Below are positions 8,807-19,449 of a DNA stretch of 46,344 nt, in pieces. A program made the position numbers and the translations under genes. The DNA is from a virus (taxonomy: Duplodnaviria; Caudoviricetes), in the IMG/VR virus record IMGVR_UViG_3300005512_000066, positions 1 through 46,344 of that record; one strand, 5' to 3'. Below the pieces are notes generated by a model, which was not told the DNA's origin, ran no database searches, and was given only the letters and a program-made list of their open reading frames with translations. Numbering within the stretch: the stretch's first letter is position 1; each line of letters begins with the position of its first letter.

Positions 8807-10809
8807 CCTGAAACTTTAGCAGATATTACAACCTGAGCTATTTGTATCGTTTCAAGCTCATATAAAATTGAATCCAGTGGATTAATCTCAATCCATTTTG
8901 GAATAGTGAATGTCCTTTTCCCTGTTGCCCCTGTGGATATATTTGAAACTTCATTGCTATCTATAGTTAAAGTTTGAACTGATGAATTGGTATAAGATCG
9001 ACTTGCTTTAATTGATAATGTCTCTGAATCTGGACCAACATTATAGGAATAATAATCTGGATCAACTCTAAATATTTCAATTCCATCTTTATATAAAATC
9101 ATTTCTCCATTTGGTCTGGCATTATATGCAGTTATATCATCAGTTCTTTTTGGGCACTGGAATGTGAATCTTGATTGACTAGTAGCACTATCATATCTGT
9201 TAGCAGAAAATGATTTTAATAAGTATTCATAGCTTGTTGTGTTATCTTGTTCTCCTGTTAGGATTAAAGACATTGTTCTTTCAGGTTGATTAATTGTTGC
9301 CTCAGCTGTAAGTAAGGGTAAACTCGCATCACCTGTGGCTTCAATAATTGCTATTGCTGTTCCTGAACCTTCTGCTGTTATAGTTGGTAGAGTACCAATT
9401 CCCCCATTAAATATAAAATCTGCTGATCCTGATGCTGTTATTGATTGTAAATTTCCATCTGCGGTATCTTTATTAACGCCTAAACTAGATGCGTAAATTG
9501 TTACAACTTCATCAGCGGTTAATATAGAATTAAAGAAAGCAACTTCATCAATTGTACCTTCAAATAAATCTGATATAACTCCTCCACCATCATATTCTTG
9601 GCCTATTGATGAATACTGGATTAGTGCCCAATCGGCATAACCGTCTGAATGTGTTGTAAGTAAAGAACCATCAACATATATTTCTACAGTTCCATCCGAT
9701 GCCATAGTATAGACAGCATGGTGAATATTCCCATCATTATACCCAGAACCGAAATAATAAACAGTTCCACCTTCAGCATATAGCATTTCACCATTAGATC
9801 CGAGTCCTGTTCGTATTCTATTAGCATACCCCGTTTCATGGGCAGTGAAAAGCAGATTTCCACCACCTGTATCAGTAGTGGAAAATAATATTGAATAAGA
9901 AACATTCCCAGATAAGGCACTTCCAAAACTTCCTAAATCTATATAGTCATCAATTCCATCTAATGAAACCGCATTATTTGAATCCCTTGCTAAAAGTCCT
10001 GGTTGAGATAAAGAAACACCCCCTTGATAAGTGCCATTATAAGTAGCTGTTTCATCAACTGCGGTTCCACCTGTATCGTTTAATCTCCAATAAGCAATAG
10101 GAGTTAAATTGTTTATTGTATCTTCAAATGTTTCTCCGATAGATAATTGTTTAGCATCAATATACAGTTGTAAGATAGAATAGTTACTTAGCCCGCCTGA
10201 AAATATAGCAAACTCATCTAGCGAACCTGTATAAAAATCACTCCTTGAAGTACCATCAAATTCTTGTCCTAATGAATAACTGTTTGCTACATCAAAGTTT
10301 GGAGCAGACCTAGTAAATGTACCTATTAAAGAACCATCTACATAAACTGCTCCACTGGATAATAGAACTAAATGATGAGCATTTCCGTCATCATAACCTG
10401 ACCCAAATATATCAGTGGATTCTGAACCAACTTGTATAGCAATTCCACCTGAATTAGAAACACTGACTTTTATTATATTTGAATCATCTGTACCGTAAGA
10501 GGAAAATAATATCTCATTGAAGTTATTGGTTGCTGGTGTTGTTGTTGAAAATAATAGTGTGAATGTTCCACCAGTTGCAGTGGTTAATCCTACATTTGGG
10601 ATTTCTACAGAAGCATCAATACCATCTAAAGTAATACACTTATCAGAGTCGCCAGTTAATAACCCAGTTACATTTAATGTAGGGGATGATGTACCTGTAT
10701 AAGTTCCATCGAATGACCCTGTTTCATCTGTTGCAGTTGGCCCGCTGGTATCTCCTAGCCTCCAATATCCAACAGGTGATAAAGAGTTGACACGTGATGA
10801 GTAACTCAT
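8779..10809 (-). CDS. Tail protein with two LamG/concanavalin A-like domains (candidate receptor binding)
   Basis: Two repeats of P.GYWRL.DT.G.TA.DETG..NGTY...HH.V...YVDG.L...G.IDE.A.F. Confidence 0.8.
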   Translation of the reverse strand: MSYSSRVNSLSPVGYWRLGDTSGPTATDETGSFDGTYTGTSSPTLNVTGLLTGDSDKCITLDGIDASVEIPNVGLTTATGGTFTLLFSTTTPATNNFNEILFSSYGTDDSNIIKVSVSNSGGIAIQVGSESTDIFGSGYDDGNAHHLVLLSSGAVYVDGSLIGTFTRSAPNFDVANSYSLGQEFDGTSRSDFYTGSLDEFAIFSGGLSNYSILQLYIDAKQLSIGETFEDTINNLTPIAYWRLNDTGGTAVDETATYNGTYQGGVSLSQPGLLARDSNNAVSLDGIDDYIDLGSFGSALSGNVSYSILFSTTDTGGGNLLFTAHETGYANRIRTGLGSNGEMLYAEGGTVYYFGSGYNDGNIHHAVYTMASDGTVEIYVDGSLLTTHSDGYADWALIQYSSIGQEYDGGGVISDLFEGTIDEVAFFNSILTADEVVTIYASSLGVNKDTADGNLQSITASGSADFIFNGGIGTLPTITAEGSGTAIAIIEATGDASLPLLTAEATINQPERTMSLILTGEQDNTTSYEYLLKSFSANRYDSATSQSRFTFQCPKRTDDITAYNARPNGEMILYKDGIEIFRVDPDYYSYNVGPDSETLSIKASRSYTNSSVQTLTIDSNEVSNISTGATGKRTFTIPKWIEINPLDSILYELETIQIAQVVISAKVSGWTFQLTEI

Positions 10810-11234
10810 TAGGTTCCATCAGGCATAGTAATTGTAAACGAGGTCATGTTCACTGTACCTGTTGCTATAATAGACTTGTTATCTAGCGTTATAGTTGCAC
10901 TGTCAGCCACCTCACCGACATCACAATCAAATATAGTATTACCATTGCTATCTTCTATTCTAGCCCATGAAGCTGTCCCTGTGGCATCTGCATCAGTGTC
11001 ACCAGTGATTGCACTTGCCGTAGCAATTCCACTTGTCGCAGTTGCTCCAAATGCCGGATCACTAAAAGTTAATTGAGCTAATAAAACTTGAGTCGTGATT
11101 GCAGTATTAGCATCAGCCGGTTGAGTACCATCATAGATCTTAATAGTTCCAGCAGTTGTTCCTCCATCAATTAAATCAACAACAGCATCTCCGGCTGCTT
11201 GCTGACTTGCGTTTGCTAATCTTACGTTCGCCAT
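10809..11234 (-). CDS. Virion structural protein
   Basis: GTIKIYDGTQPADA...LAQLTFSDPAFG...TGTASWARI is a common phage structural family. Confidence 0.7.
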   Translation of the reverse strand: MANVRLANASQQAAGDAVVDLIDGGTTAGTIKIYDGTQPADANTAITTQVLLAQLTFSDPAFGATATSGIATASAITGDTDADATGTASWARIEDSNGNTIFDCDVGEVADSATITLDNKSIIATGTVNMTSFTITMPDGT

Positions 11235-11590
11235 TATGCTTCTTCCTTAATTAAAAATGTTATTGTTGCGTTTCCACCTGAATATTTCACATCTTTTAAA
11301 ACACTTAAATAGACCCCGATATCAGTACTGGTTATATATTCTGAATTGGTTGAAAATATAGTTTCTAAAGAGGCTATTAAATCTTTATCAGGTTGATTCA
11401 GTGTAATTATTAAAGTCTTATCGCCAACCGCATAACCGTTATCTGAAATATAAACACCACCGTCTAAAGTTTTAGTTCTGTTAACTCTTCGCTCAATATT
11501 CTTGTATTCAGCAGGAGGGGATAACATATCTTTATCGTAGAATACAAAAGAACCTGCTGTATTATAATTCTTAGTGTTAATGGTTATCAT
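11234..11590 (-). CDS. Distal tail-like protein
   Basis: Directly follows the tape measure gene; RRVNRTKTLDGGV motif. Confidence 0.6.
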   Translation of the reverse strand: MITINTKNYNTAGSFVFYDKDMLSPPAEYKNIERRVNRTKTLDGGVYISDNGYAVGDKTLIITLNQPDKDLIASLETIFSTNSEYITSTDIGVYLSVLKDVKYSGGNATITFLIKEEA

Positions 11591-14295
11591 ATTGTACCAA
11601 GTCCCAGTAAATAATCCTCGTAAGAAGCTGACATCTCAATCCGTATAGACTTAAACAAAGACTCCATTATAGCTTGTAATTCAGGTTGTAAATCCCCACC
11701 ATCAACAGTTAATAAAGCGTCCCCTGACGCCATTCTTTCTGCTGCTGCTTCTAGTTGTGCTATCTGAGCATCTATCAATTCGCCTTGTTTGTCTATTTGT
11801 TGCTTCATTAAGTCTTGCACTTTGTCAATTGCGCTTTCTATCTCTAACTCTTTAAACCTGTCATCTGTACTTGTTAAAACTCCAAATAGTTCACCTATTA
11901 ATCCTGCTGATGCTGTTGTTGTTTCAGTTAGACTTTCAAATGCAGCTTCAATCCGTTTAGTTTCAGCTTCTATCTGTGCTGTTTTAAATTCAACAGCAAA
12001 CTCAAGGTTTTTAATTCTTTCATTAGATGCTATTTTCTCAAGGGCTGTTTCCGCTTTTAAAGCATCGGTTGCTAATTTCTGAGCTTTGTTTGCTGCTTCT
12101 TCTTCTGCTTTTGCAAGGTCTTTAGTGGTGTCTTTTGTCTTGCCAACTACATCTTCATATCTAGCAAATTGTACTTTTCCATCTTTTATTATCTCTATCC
12201 AAGCACCGTTAACATCAGATGCATTATCAAAAGTTTCAACAGAGTCATCAACAGTATCTTTTAATTTCTCTTGTTCCTCTTTAATGCCTTGAAGATTTAA
12301 CCCCATGTGTTCTAACAGATTAGCGTATCTATCACTAGTTTGAATTAAAGATTCTGTTGCTGTATCTGTTTCTTTTATCGGTTGTTTCTGTTCTTCAAAA
12401 ACCTCTTTTGTTTCTAAGTTAGCTGCAGCATTTTCGTGTGCTGCTCTAGCTTGATCTTCTAATATCTTTTGATTTTCGCGTAAATCATCATTAACCCCTG
12501 TTAACTCTAAAGCCCAATCTGCGAGAGTTTCTGTTAAACCGCTTTCTTCTGCTGCCCATTTAGTGACTTCATAACTTAGCAATCCAACCGCACCAACAAG
12601 ACCACCTTTTCCAAGCAAACTAATAGCGTTTGTTGCAGCCGGTGCTATATTGGTTAAACTGGCAGGCAATCCACCTAAAGCATTAACGCTTAATACGATT
12701 ATTAAAGCATCAGATAAAGCACTAAAAACGTCTGTTAATCCGCTTATCCAACCGCTAAAGACATTTATCGTTGTGCCTAATCCCAGTAATTGACCAGCAA
12801 ATGTAGCAGTGCTGTTTTCTGCCGAACCTGCTGAAGTGGCTATTGCTTTGATTGCATCAATTACAGGTGAAAGACCATCAAGTATGCCTGCTGCTGTATT
12901 ATTTAATGCAGCTAAAGCATCAACTATACCCTGTATAAAATCTTGCAATCCTTCTGCTGTAGTTAAATCAATTCCCCCAAATAAATCACCAACTTCTCCA
13001 CCTAAGTTTCTAAAGGAATCAGCCAGTCCATTAAAGTCTACTCCTTCAAATGCCTCTGGTAAGTTTTCTGCTATCTTTTCTATGTTCTTTGTAAACTCAT
13101 CAAACAAAGGATTAAGCAAATCAAATAAAGGCTTTAACCCGCCATCCTTAACAACTTCTGCAAATGACTTAGTTAAAGAAGTCATTGCTTTTACAGCAGG
13201 ATTAATACTCGGTAAGAACTGATCTCCTACGGCTTTAGATGCAAGTTGAAATGCAGCTGCAAATTGCTCTATAGCAAATTTAGTTGTTGAAGTAACACTA
13301 GCCAATTCTTTCTTAGCAGACCCTGCTGCGGTTTCCGCTTGTGAAGTAACATCTACTACTTTAGAATATTCGTTAAGCGTTGCTGACATCCTAGCATATT
13401 GCTCTTTTCCAAATAACTGAATACCAAAGTTAGCTTTCTGTGAATCTGTTAATGTCGGCCAAACAGCCCCCAAATCAGCTAGTATATCGCCTGCCAATCT
13501 CAATTCACCATTGGCATCCTGTTGTGCTATACCTAATTCAGCCAGTGAATCTGTAACTTTTGGAGTATCTGATATTAAGTTAGCGAGCCCCGTTTTTAAA
13601 GCATTAGCTGCTTCACTTCCTGAGCCAAATACTTCAATAATTGGAGTAACTAAACCAACAGCCTCATTAAAACTAAGCCCTGCATTTCTGGCAACTGGTG
13701 CAAGGCTTGATGTTGCTATTGCTAGTTCTTTTGCTGTTGCTGCATTCTTATTAGACACTTCATTCCAAGCATCTAAGATATGTGTAGCATCTTCGGCTTC
13801 TAACCCTAAACCTTTAATTGTAGCTACTAATAAACCAGCGGCTTCATTGGATTCTAATTCAGCAATTTTAACAGCGGTTAAAGCCGTTTCAGTTAACGTT
13901 AACGATTCATTTATAGAAAAACCAGCTTGCTTAAAATTAGTTACAGCATCAAGGGTAGAGTCGCCAGCAACACCAAATTGTAAAGATAAATTATCCAGTG
14001 TATTAGTATAATCAGCAACTGAACCTTCAGAATCCCCTAATACTTTTTGAAGTCCTGCTTGAGCAGCTTCAAAATCTATAGAAACGCTAGCGGTATAAGT
14101 TAAGAGCGCAACACCTAATGCTCCGAGGGCTGCTTCAACTTGTAGAATATTTTTTGATAAATCAGCGAGTGGTTGAGTTGCTGATTCTATACTTCCTGCG
14201 AATCCGCCAATGGAATTATCAATATCCCCAATCTCATCAGAAACATTGTCAACACCATTAAATATTATTTCTATTGTACGTCTTAAATCAGCCAT
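11587..14295 (-). CDS. Tail tape measure protein (TP901 family core)
   Basis: 902 aa, Ala/Leu-rich and helical, with GSEAANALKT and QLFGKE motifs; lies after the chaperones. Confidence 0.92.
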   Translation of the reverse strand: MADLRRTIEIIFNGVDNVSDEIGDIDNSIGGFAGSIESATQPLADLSKNILQVEAALGALGVALLTYTASVSIDFEAAQAGLQKVLGDSEGSVADYTNTLDNLSLQFGVAGDSTLDAVTNFKQAGFSINESLTLTETALTAVKIAELESNEAAGLLVATIKGLGLEAEDATHILDAWNEVSNKNAATAKELAIATSSLAPVARNAGLSFNEAVGLVTPIIEVFGSGSEAANALKTGLANLISDTPKVTDSLAELGIAQQDANGELRLAGDILADLGAVWPTLTDSQKANFGIQLFGKEQYARMSATLNEYSKVVDVTSQAETAAGSAKKELASVTSTTKFAIEQFAAAFQLASKAVGDQFLPSINPAVKAMTSLTKSFAEVVKDGGLKPLFDLLNPLFDEFTKNIEKIAENLPEAFEGVDFNGLADSFRNLGGEVGDLFGGIDLTTAEGLQDFIQGIVDALAALNNTAAGILDGLSPVIDAIKAIATSAGSAENSTATFAGQLLGLGTTINVFSGWISGLTDVFSALSDALIIVLSVNALGGLPASLTNIAPAATNAISLLGKGGLVGAVGLLSYEVTKWAAEESGLTETLADWALELTGVNDDLRENQKILEDQARAAHENAAANLETKEVFEEQKQPIKETDTATESLIQTSDRYANLLEHMGLNLQGIKEEQEKLKDTVDDSVETFDNASDVNGAWIEIIKDGKVQFARYEDVVGKTKDTTKDLAKAEEEAANKAQKLATDALKAETALEKIASNERIKNLEFAVEFKTAQIEAETKRIEAAFESLTETTTASAGLIGELFGVLTSTDDRFKELEIESAIDKVQDLMKQQIDKQGELIDAQIAQLEAAAERMASGDALLTVDGGDLQPELQAIMESLFKSIRIEMSASYEDYLLGLGTI

Positions 14296-14474
14296 TATTT
14301 ACTCTTTTTATTTTGGTCTCCATAGTATAAAGACCATAAATAGACTTCTTCATCAGTTAGTAAGCCCTGTGGAAATATATCAGGTCTGATCTGGTATAAA
14401 AACTGCCCTCTTATATCACCTAATTTCAGAACATTCTTTATTTCTGCTTTTTGGTAGAGGGCACGGACTTTCCC
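14295..14474 (-). CDS. Tail assembly chaperone -1 frameshift extension (gpGT-like)
   Basis: Slippery G GGA AAG at 14474-14468. The -1 frame reads VRALYQKAEIKNVLKLGDIRGQFLYQIRPDIFPQGLLTDEEVYLWSLYYGDQNKKSK* and its stop overlaps the tape measure ATG. Confidence 0.85.
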   Translation of the reverse strand, partial: GKVRALYQKAEIKNVLKLGDIRGQFLYQIRPDIFPQGLLTDEEVYLWSLYYGDQNKKSK

Positions 14475-14899
14475 ACATCGACACTACCTAAACCTGTTAG
14501 TTCAATTATTTTGTTAGTAATCAACATAAACTCGACAGGGAAATGTTCAGCAAGTTTAACTGCTAATTGTAAATCAGCCTCAGGCTCAATTGAGCCATAA
14601 ACTAATTGCTCCATTCGTTTAGCAAGTTCAACAGGAGTAGAATCATTTGTTCCGAGTAAATCTTTTAAAGCGTCTACTTTATCTTTTCGGACATTAGAGG
14701 ATAAAGCATCAACAACAGCCATCAAGTTTTTCTGCTTAGTAGCTGCCTCGGTTGCTTTAGTCATTTCCTCCCCAGATAATCCCCGAACTTTCCATAAAGG
14801 CTTTTCATCTTTATCGAACCAAGCAGACAAGGCAGTTACTTCCACTTCATCTGTTCTGGGTTCGAGTTTAGATTTTAAAAACTTATCAGGACTGAACAT
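14438..14899 (-). CDS. Tail assembly chaperone (gpG-like)
   Basis: Located between major tail protein and tape measure; contains the slippery site. Confidence 0.85.
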   Translation of the reverse strand: MFSPDKFLKSKLEPRTDEVEVTALSAWFDKDEKPLWKVRGLSGEEMTKATEAATKQKNLMAVVDALSSNVRKDKVDALKDLLGTNDSTPVELAKRMEQLVYGSIEPEADLQLAVKLAEHFPVEFMLITNKIIELTGLGSVDVGKSVPSTKKQK

Positions 14900-15882
14900 T
14901 ATGCTTCAACGTCAGTTGCTTCAGACTCTGCCGATATAGTACAAGATGCCTGAATATTATCTCCCGCTGGGAATGAGCGAGTAATTCCCAATACGCCTTG
15001 AGCTAAAGAGTATGGGCTTTTATAACGGTCTGGATAGAATCTGAACCATAAAGTATCATCTTTTTGTTTAACTAATGGATCAGTAATACCATCGTTTAGA
15101 TATGCTGTGAATGAACCCTGATTCAATGTTTTAGAGGTTGAACCTAGTGTATTATTATAAACCTGAGTAGAACTAACACTATGACTATTTTCTGGTAACA
15201 CTACATCGGCGGCATTTTGTTGCTCAGTAAAAATAGGGCTTGCATAACTAGCATAAACTTCTTTAACTACATCGCCCGTATGAATCGCTCTTAAAGCACC
15301 AACAAAATCAACCTCACCATTCACATAGTCTACATTCCAAAGAACTTCATCATAACGCTCAAGGTGAACATTCGAAACTTGAAATATCTCTGATGCGGTA
15401 ATAGGTGCAGCAGTAAAAGAGGTTGTTCTTACTTGTGCAATCTCAATTGAGCCAGTAGGAATATATGGAGGTCCGCCAGCTGCTCCTCGTGTATCAACAA
15501 AAGCAGTTCCGTCTGTTCCTGTAACAACAGCCAATGCTCCAGCACTTGTAACAGTGATTGAATTAATCATGTGTGTATCAGTAGAAACAGCTCTTGTAAT
15601 TGCTAAATCTGTTCCTGCACTGACTGAAGTATTAACCCCTGCTAGATAGCAAGTTAAAGCAGCGACATCCACTACATCATTTGAACCGCTTGCAGCAACG
15701 GATACAGCTCCACCTGTAATTACGCCATTAGGTCTAATATCAGGGCTTTTCCCTGTTGCATTTGAAAATATACTAGCAGAACTAGTAAACGTTGTATTAT
15801 CGCCTGAATCTGTTAAAGCGGACATTGCATAACTGGTCTGTCCAGCTTCAAACTCAAGTTTTCCATTTTCTGCTGTAGGCAT
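14899..15882 (-). CDS. Major tail tube protein
   Basis: Position, strong AAGGAG RBS, Thr/Ser/Ala-rich, WFRFYPDR motif near the C-terminus. Confidence 0.8.
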   Translation of the reverse strand: MPTAENGKLEFEAGQTSYAMSALTDSGDNTTFTSSASIFSNATGKSPDIRPNGVITGGAVSVAASGSNDVVDVAALTCYLAGVNTSVSAGTDLAITRAVSTDTHMINSITVTSAGALAVVTGTDGTAFVDTRGAAGGPPYIPTGSIEIAQVRTTSFTAAPITASEIFQVSNVHLERYDEVLWNVDYVNGEVDFVGALRAIHTGDVVKEVYASYASPIFTEQQNAADVVLPENSHSVSSTQVYNNTLGSTSKTLNQGSFTAYLNDGITDPLVKQKDDTLWFRFYPDRYKSPYSLAQGVLGITRSFPAGDNIQASCTISAESEATDVEA

Positions 15883-15897
15883 TTTTAAATCTCCTTG

Positions 15898-16395
15898 TTA
15901 ATATACTAATGTAAACATATTAAGTTTATCCACTTTATACGTTATATCTAAAACTATTACTATTCCAACATAAGGCTTTTGACCTTCGCTTATTGCTGGT
16001 GTTATCGATACCGCTTCAACTTGTGTTACTAAATCCCCTAGTCTAACAGAAGGATTATCGCTAACAGCAGGAGCAGAAACAGCTCTGTTTATTGCCACTA
16101 AAATATTAGCACCTAACTTCTGTGCTAAATCATCAAATACTTGATCACGAGTCTGGTCATAGCATTCTATAACAACAGACATAACTCTTTTTTCAAATGT
16201 TCCATATTCTTTTCCAACTAGTGTATCACCAGTGGAATAATAATTTATGAAAGGTAAATCACCAGCTTTAAACGGTGTCATTCTTGACCGTTCAATCTTC
16301 TTAGGTGTTCTTGCTAAATAACCGTTCGCTGTAGTTATTAAAGCAAGTCTATTACCTATTTCATCTAATATCTGTGTCTGTACTGGAGTGCTCAT
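15898..16395 (-). CDS. Tail terminator/completion protein
   Basis: Position; QILDEI..RL..IT.ANGY...DLPFI motif. Confidence 0.7.
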   Translation of the reverse strand: MSTPVQTQILDEIGNRLALITTANGYLARTPKKIERSRMTPFKAGDLPFINYYSTGDTLVGKEYGTFEKRVMSVVIECYDQTRDQVFDDLAQKLGANILVAINRAVSAPAVSDNPSVRLGDLVTQVEAVSITPAISEGQKPYVGIVIVLDITYKVDKLNMFTLVY

Positions 16396-16973
16396 ATATT
16401 ATCTAAAAGCTCACTTCTTAAATTGCTTAAAAATGTAGGTATCTCATCCTCAGCAGTTTTAACCATTTCCAATCTTGCTGGTATTGTTACAGACTTTTTA
16501 AGTACAAACATCGGTAGCCCATCATTTGCAAATACAATCCAGTTTCCACGTTGTGACTGACCTATATAACCGCCTTCTTGAAATACGTCTCTTGCGTTTT
16601 TACGCATTACTCCTGCGGCTGTTTTGTTATACGATAGAGGTATATTCAAATAAGGCCCGCCGGGAACATTCACATATTTATCTATGGCATTTATATCTCC
16701 CCCCACTTCATGGATAGGTGCGTATTTGCTTTTAGTAAATACCTCGCCTTTCAAATTATCTATTTTCGTACCGCTAGTCTTAAACTTAATGCTTCTTGCT
16801 AATGCCCCAGTCCTGCTGAACATCGGGCCATTCTGTAATCTACCAGTAATAGTTCTTTGGATATTAAATAAAGACCGTGATAAAATAGTTTTAGCATTGT
16901 CAAACATATCCTCTGGCAATGTGTCTAATAAAGCCCTTGTTTCGTCATCATTAACAGAAACATTAATAGCCAT
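16392..16973 (-). CDS. Neck/tail completion protein (HK97 gp10-like)
   Basis: RTGALARSI...KYAPIHEVGG...V.IPAR motifs. Confidence 0.75.
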   Translation of the reverse strand: MAINVSVNDDETRALLDTLPEDMFDNAKTILSRSLFNIQRTITGRLQNGPMFSRTGALARSIKFKTSGTKIDNLKGEVFTKSKYAPIHEVGGDINAIDKYVNVPGGPYLNIPLSYNKTAAGVMRKNARDVFQEGGYIGQSQRGNWIVFANDGLPMFVLKKSVTIPARLEMVKTAEDEIPTFLSNLRSELLDNI

Positions 16974-17510
16974 CTAAAACCCTACCTTCTTTGGATGGGT
17001 ATAAGGGTTTAATAACCGTTTTACTTCAGGTAATAATCTAAATCCTGGACTTGTGGTTGTGCCACCATCATTACTAAAATTAGTTGTTCCTATATTGTTC
17101 TTTTGCTGGTATTCATAAACTACCTGTGATAATTCAGCTCTATAAACATCTTCAGGTATTTCTGACCATCCGCCTTTACAAACTAGTGTATAAATCTTAT
17201 TTGTAAAAGACTTATTAAACATAATCTCATAATCTGTTACTGTATAATCATCACTGGTTAATGTATCATCACCAACAACTAAAGAAGTTATACTGTTCAA
17301 TGGTAATGAAGTTAAATCAATATAGGTAGCATCTCTTATAAAACCTGTTTCAGTTTTCTTTTGTTTAAAATCCAGCATGCGTCCACAATAATTTTCCAGG
17401 GCTGCATGAACATTATCAGCCATTAATTCTAAATCTGGGTAGTCTGAAAAACTTGTATTTTCAAGTTCCAGCATATTCTTTATATCAGAGAAATCTAATA
17501 TCGTTGGCAT
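16974..17510 (-). CDS. Head-tail connector (gp6-like)
   Basis: LENYCGR...GWSEIPEDV...LLPEVKRLLNPY. Confidence 0.75.
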   Translation of the reverse strand: MPTILDFSDIKNMLELENTSFSDYPDLELMADNVHAALENYCGRMLDFKQKKTETGFIRDATYIDLTSLPLNSITSLVVGDDTLTSDDYTVTDYEIMFNKSFTNKIYTLVCKGGWSEIPEDVYRAELSQVVYEYQQKNNIGTTNFSNDGGTTTSPGFRLLPEVKRLLNPYTHPKKVGF

Positions 17511-17716
17511 TATTCTTTCTCAGTCTTAACCTGTTTCTTTTTAACTGGTGTTGTTTTCTTCTTTGCAACTGGCTTTGCTTTAACTTCTTCTATATATTGT
17601 CCAAAAGAAATTAATGCTTTTTCAGGCAACTCTTTCTCTTCACCCTTTGATAATGATATTGCTGTTACACCATCAAGTGATAATCGACAATCAACTTTTG
17701 CTCTACATAAAGGCAT
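17510..17716 (-). CDS. Small Lys-rich protein downstream of capsid genes
   Basis: AAGGAG RBS, typical post-capsid small gene. Confidence 0.65.
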   Translation of the reverse strand: MPLCRAKVDCRLSLDGVTAISLSKGEEKELPEKALISFGQYIEEVKAKPVAKKKTTPVKKKQVKTEKE

Positions 17717-17729
17717 AATAAACTCCTTT

Positions 17730-17767
17730 TAAAATCCAGCCCTGCTGGGGAATTAACAGGACTGGAA
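17730..17767 (-). terminator. Probable intrinsic terminator after capsid/decoration genes
   Basis: Minus strand TCCAGTCCTGTT-loop-AGCAGGGCTGGA followed by TTTT. Confidence 0.6.
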
Positions 17768-17777
17768 ATCTTTTTAA

Positions 17778-18176
17778 TTAAGCGTCAGCAGGAACAATAG
17801 TTCTTAAAGGTCCGACCAAGCTAACAACACTCATGGCAACTGCATTAGTTGCAACAGTTGAAACTACTCGGCTATAACGCTTCTCAGGATTGCCAACATT
17901 AACAGTATAAATACCCGCTGCTGTGATCTGTGGTAAAGTTGCATCATTACCCAGTCCAGCTGTAGCATCTGTAAATGTTGAGTCATCATCACTAAACTGC
18001 AATTTAACATCAACAGTTCCAGCTACACCCTCATCACCGACTTCAATAATAAACATTGCTGTTTGGCCTAAGCTATGGTCTACAGAGGCACTGTTATTGG
18101 CACCTGCTGCAATTCCTGTTAATCCAGAAGCTGTACCTGTAGCTGCTGTATATGAACTTCCTATATCTCGTCTCAT
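17778..18176 (-). CDS. Capsid decoration/cement protein
   Basis: Follows the major capsid gene; VKLQFSDDDSTFTD...KRYSRVV jelly-roll-like pattern. Confidence 0.7.
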   Translation of the reverse strand: MRRDIGSSYTAATGTASGLTGIAAGANNSASVDHSLGQTAMFIIEVGDEGVAGTVDVKLQFSDDDSTFTDATAGLGNDATLPQITAAGIYTVNVGNPEKRYSRVVSTVATNAVAMSVVSLVGPLRTIVPADA

Positions 18177-18232
18177 TTTTATAATCTCCTAAAATATGAG
18201 TTAGTGCTGAACTTAATCAGCACCTGAATTAA

Positions 18233-19438
18233 TTAAGTTGAGCATTTAATAACTTGGAATGCTTCTGGTAATACTACCTGACCACCAACACGCTTCTTAA
18301 TTAAGAATCCAGTTTGGTCATATTCTGCATAACGCTCTGATAAACGCTGAACAGCAATACCACTTCTGTCTTTGATTCTATAACCACGTCTGAAGTCACC
18401 AATAACCACTGGAAACGCATTTGCAGCAACATCAGGCATCCCTTCGGGGTTAATAACTGGGCGTCCTAATAATGTAGCAGGGTCTCCAGCTTGGACAGGA
18501 GGTTGCCATAAATATTGTCCATCAGCATCTTTAGAATTTCTATACTTGCCTTCTAAAGTTGAGTTCATGGCAATCGTTGCATTTCTACGGTATGTCTTTT
18601 TCAACTTGTAATAAGCAGTAATTAAAGCAGTAACACCGTCATTTGATGCGTCAATAACATCAGCAGCAACACCAGAGTTAGTGACATTTGCTTGAACTAA
18701 AGCATTGGTCATAATACCCTGTGGACTGTGACTACCTGCACCAACAGCAAAAGCATCATCTTCAGCTTCTGCAATAGCATCACTGAACGCCATATTTAAC
18801 TCAGCCCAGATATCAGCTTCAGCGTCTTCCAGGGTGTTGTTATGAATTAAAGTTAACGCTTTAAGATCATGAATTGTCATAGTGTGACCACCGACATCCA
18901 AATCCTGAGCAGTAACAGCAACTCCAGTAGTACCCCATGCAACTGTTGGCTTGGCTAAAGCACCAAAGAAAACAGTATCACGGCCTGTAGGAGTAGCACC
19001 AACAACAGGACGTATTTCAGCCATGTCATAAGCGTTCATTATTAGCTCATTAGTGAAGTCGATTGGTACTAAAAAACCACCTTCAGCATCGGATGATTCT
19101 TGTAAAGCGCGTTTTTCATCCTGTGACATAACTTCACTTGAGGTTTCACCATTACCATAGCGACAGAACTTTAAGAAAGCTGATTTTCTAAGCTCTGCTT
19201 TTTCATCAACTTCTTTACCGCTATCATCAAGTGAAGGGCGTTTACTAGCAACCACTAACTCATCATAGCGTTTTGTAAGCTGGTCAATATCAGCATTAGC
19301 TTTATCAATAGCTTCTTGAATTAAAGGGTCATTCTTACCTTTAGCCGCTTCTTCAACTTTGCGATCAACATAAGAACGCATTTCCTCGGTTGTTTTCTTG
19401 ATTGAATCAAGAACAACATTCATATTATCTTCAGGCAT
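18233..19438 (-). CDS. Major capsid protein, HK97 family
   Basis: GGFLVP, KDADGQYLWQP, TLLGRPV, VIGDF and KRVGG motifs, with an N-terminal coiled-coil delta domain. Confidence 0.96.
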   Translation of the reverse strand: MPEDNMNVVLDSIKKTTEEMRSYVDRKVEEAAKGKNDPLIQEAIDKANADIDQLTKRYDELVVASKRPSLDDSGKEVDEKAELRKSAFLKFCRYGNGETSSEVMSQDEKRALQESSDAEGGFLVPIDFTNELIMNAYDMAEIRPVVGATPTGRDTVFFGALAKPTVAWGTTGVAVTAQDLDVGGHTMTIHDLKALTLIHNNTLEDAEADIWAELNMAFSDAIAEAEDDAFAVGAGSHSPQGIMTNALVQANVTNSGVAADVIDASNDGVTALITAYYKLKKTYRRNATIAMNSTLEGKYRNSKDADGQYLWQPPVQAGDPATLLGRPVINPEGMPDVAANAFPVVIGDFRRGYRIKDRSGIAVQRLSERYAEYDQTGFLIKKRVGGQVVLPEAFQVIKCST

Positions 19439-19449
19439 TTTAAAATCTC

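Noticed and set aside
11789-14011. Several + strand ORFs opposite the tape measure gene (similar ones lie opposite tail and fibre genes)
   Set aside because: These are shadow ORFs typical of Ala/Thr-rich genes, with no RBS, coupling or protein-like features.
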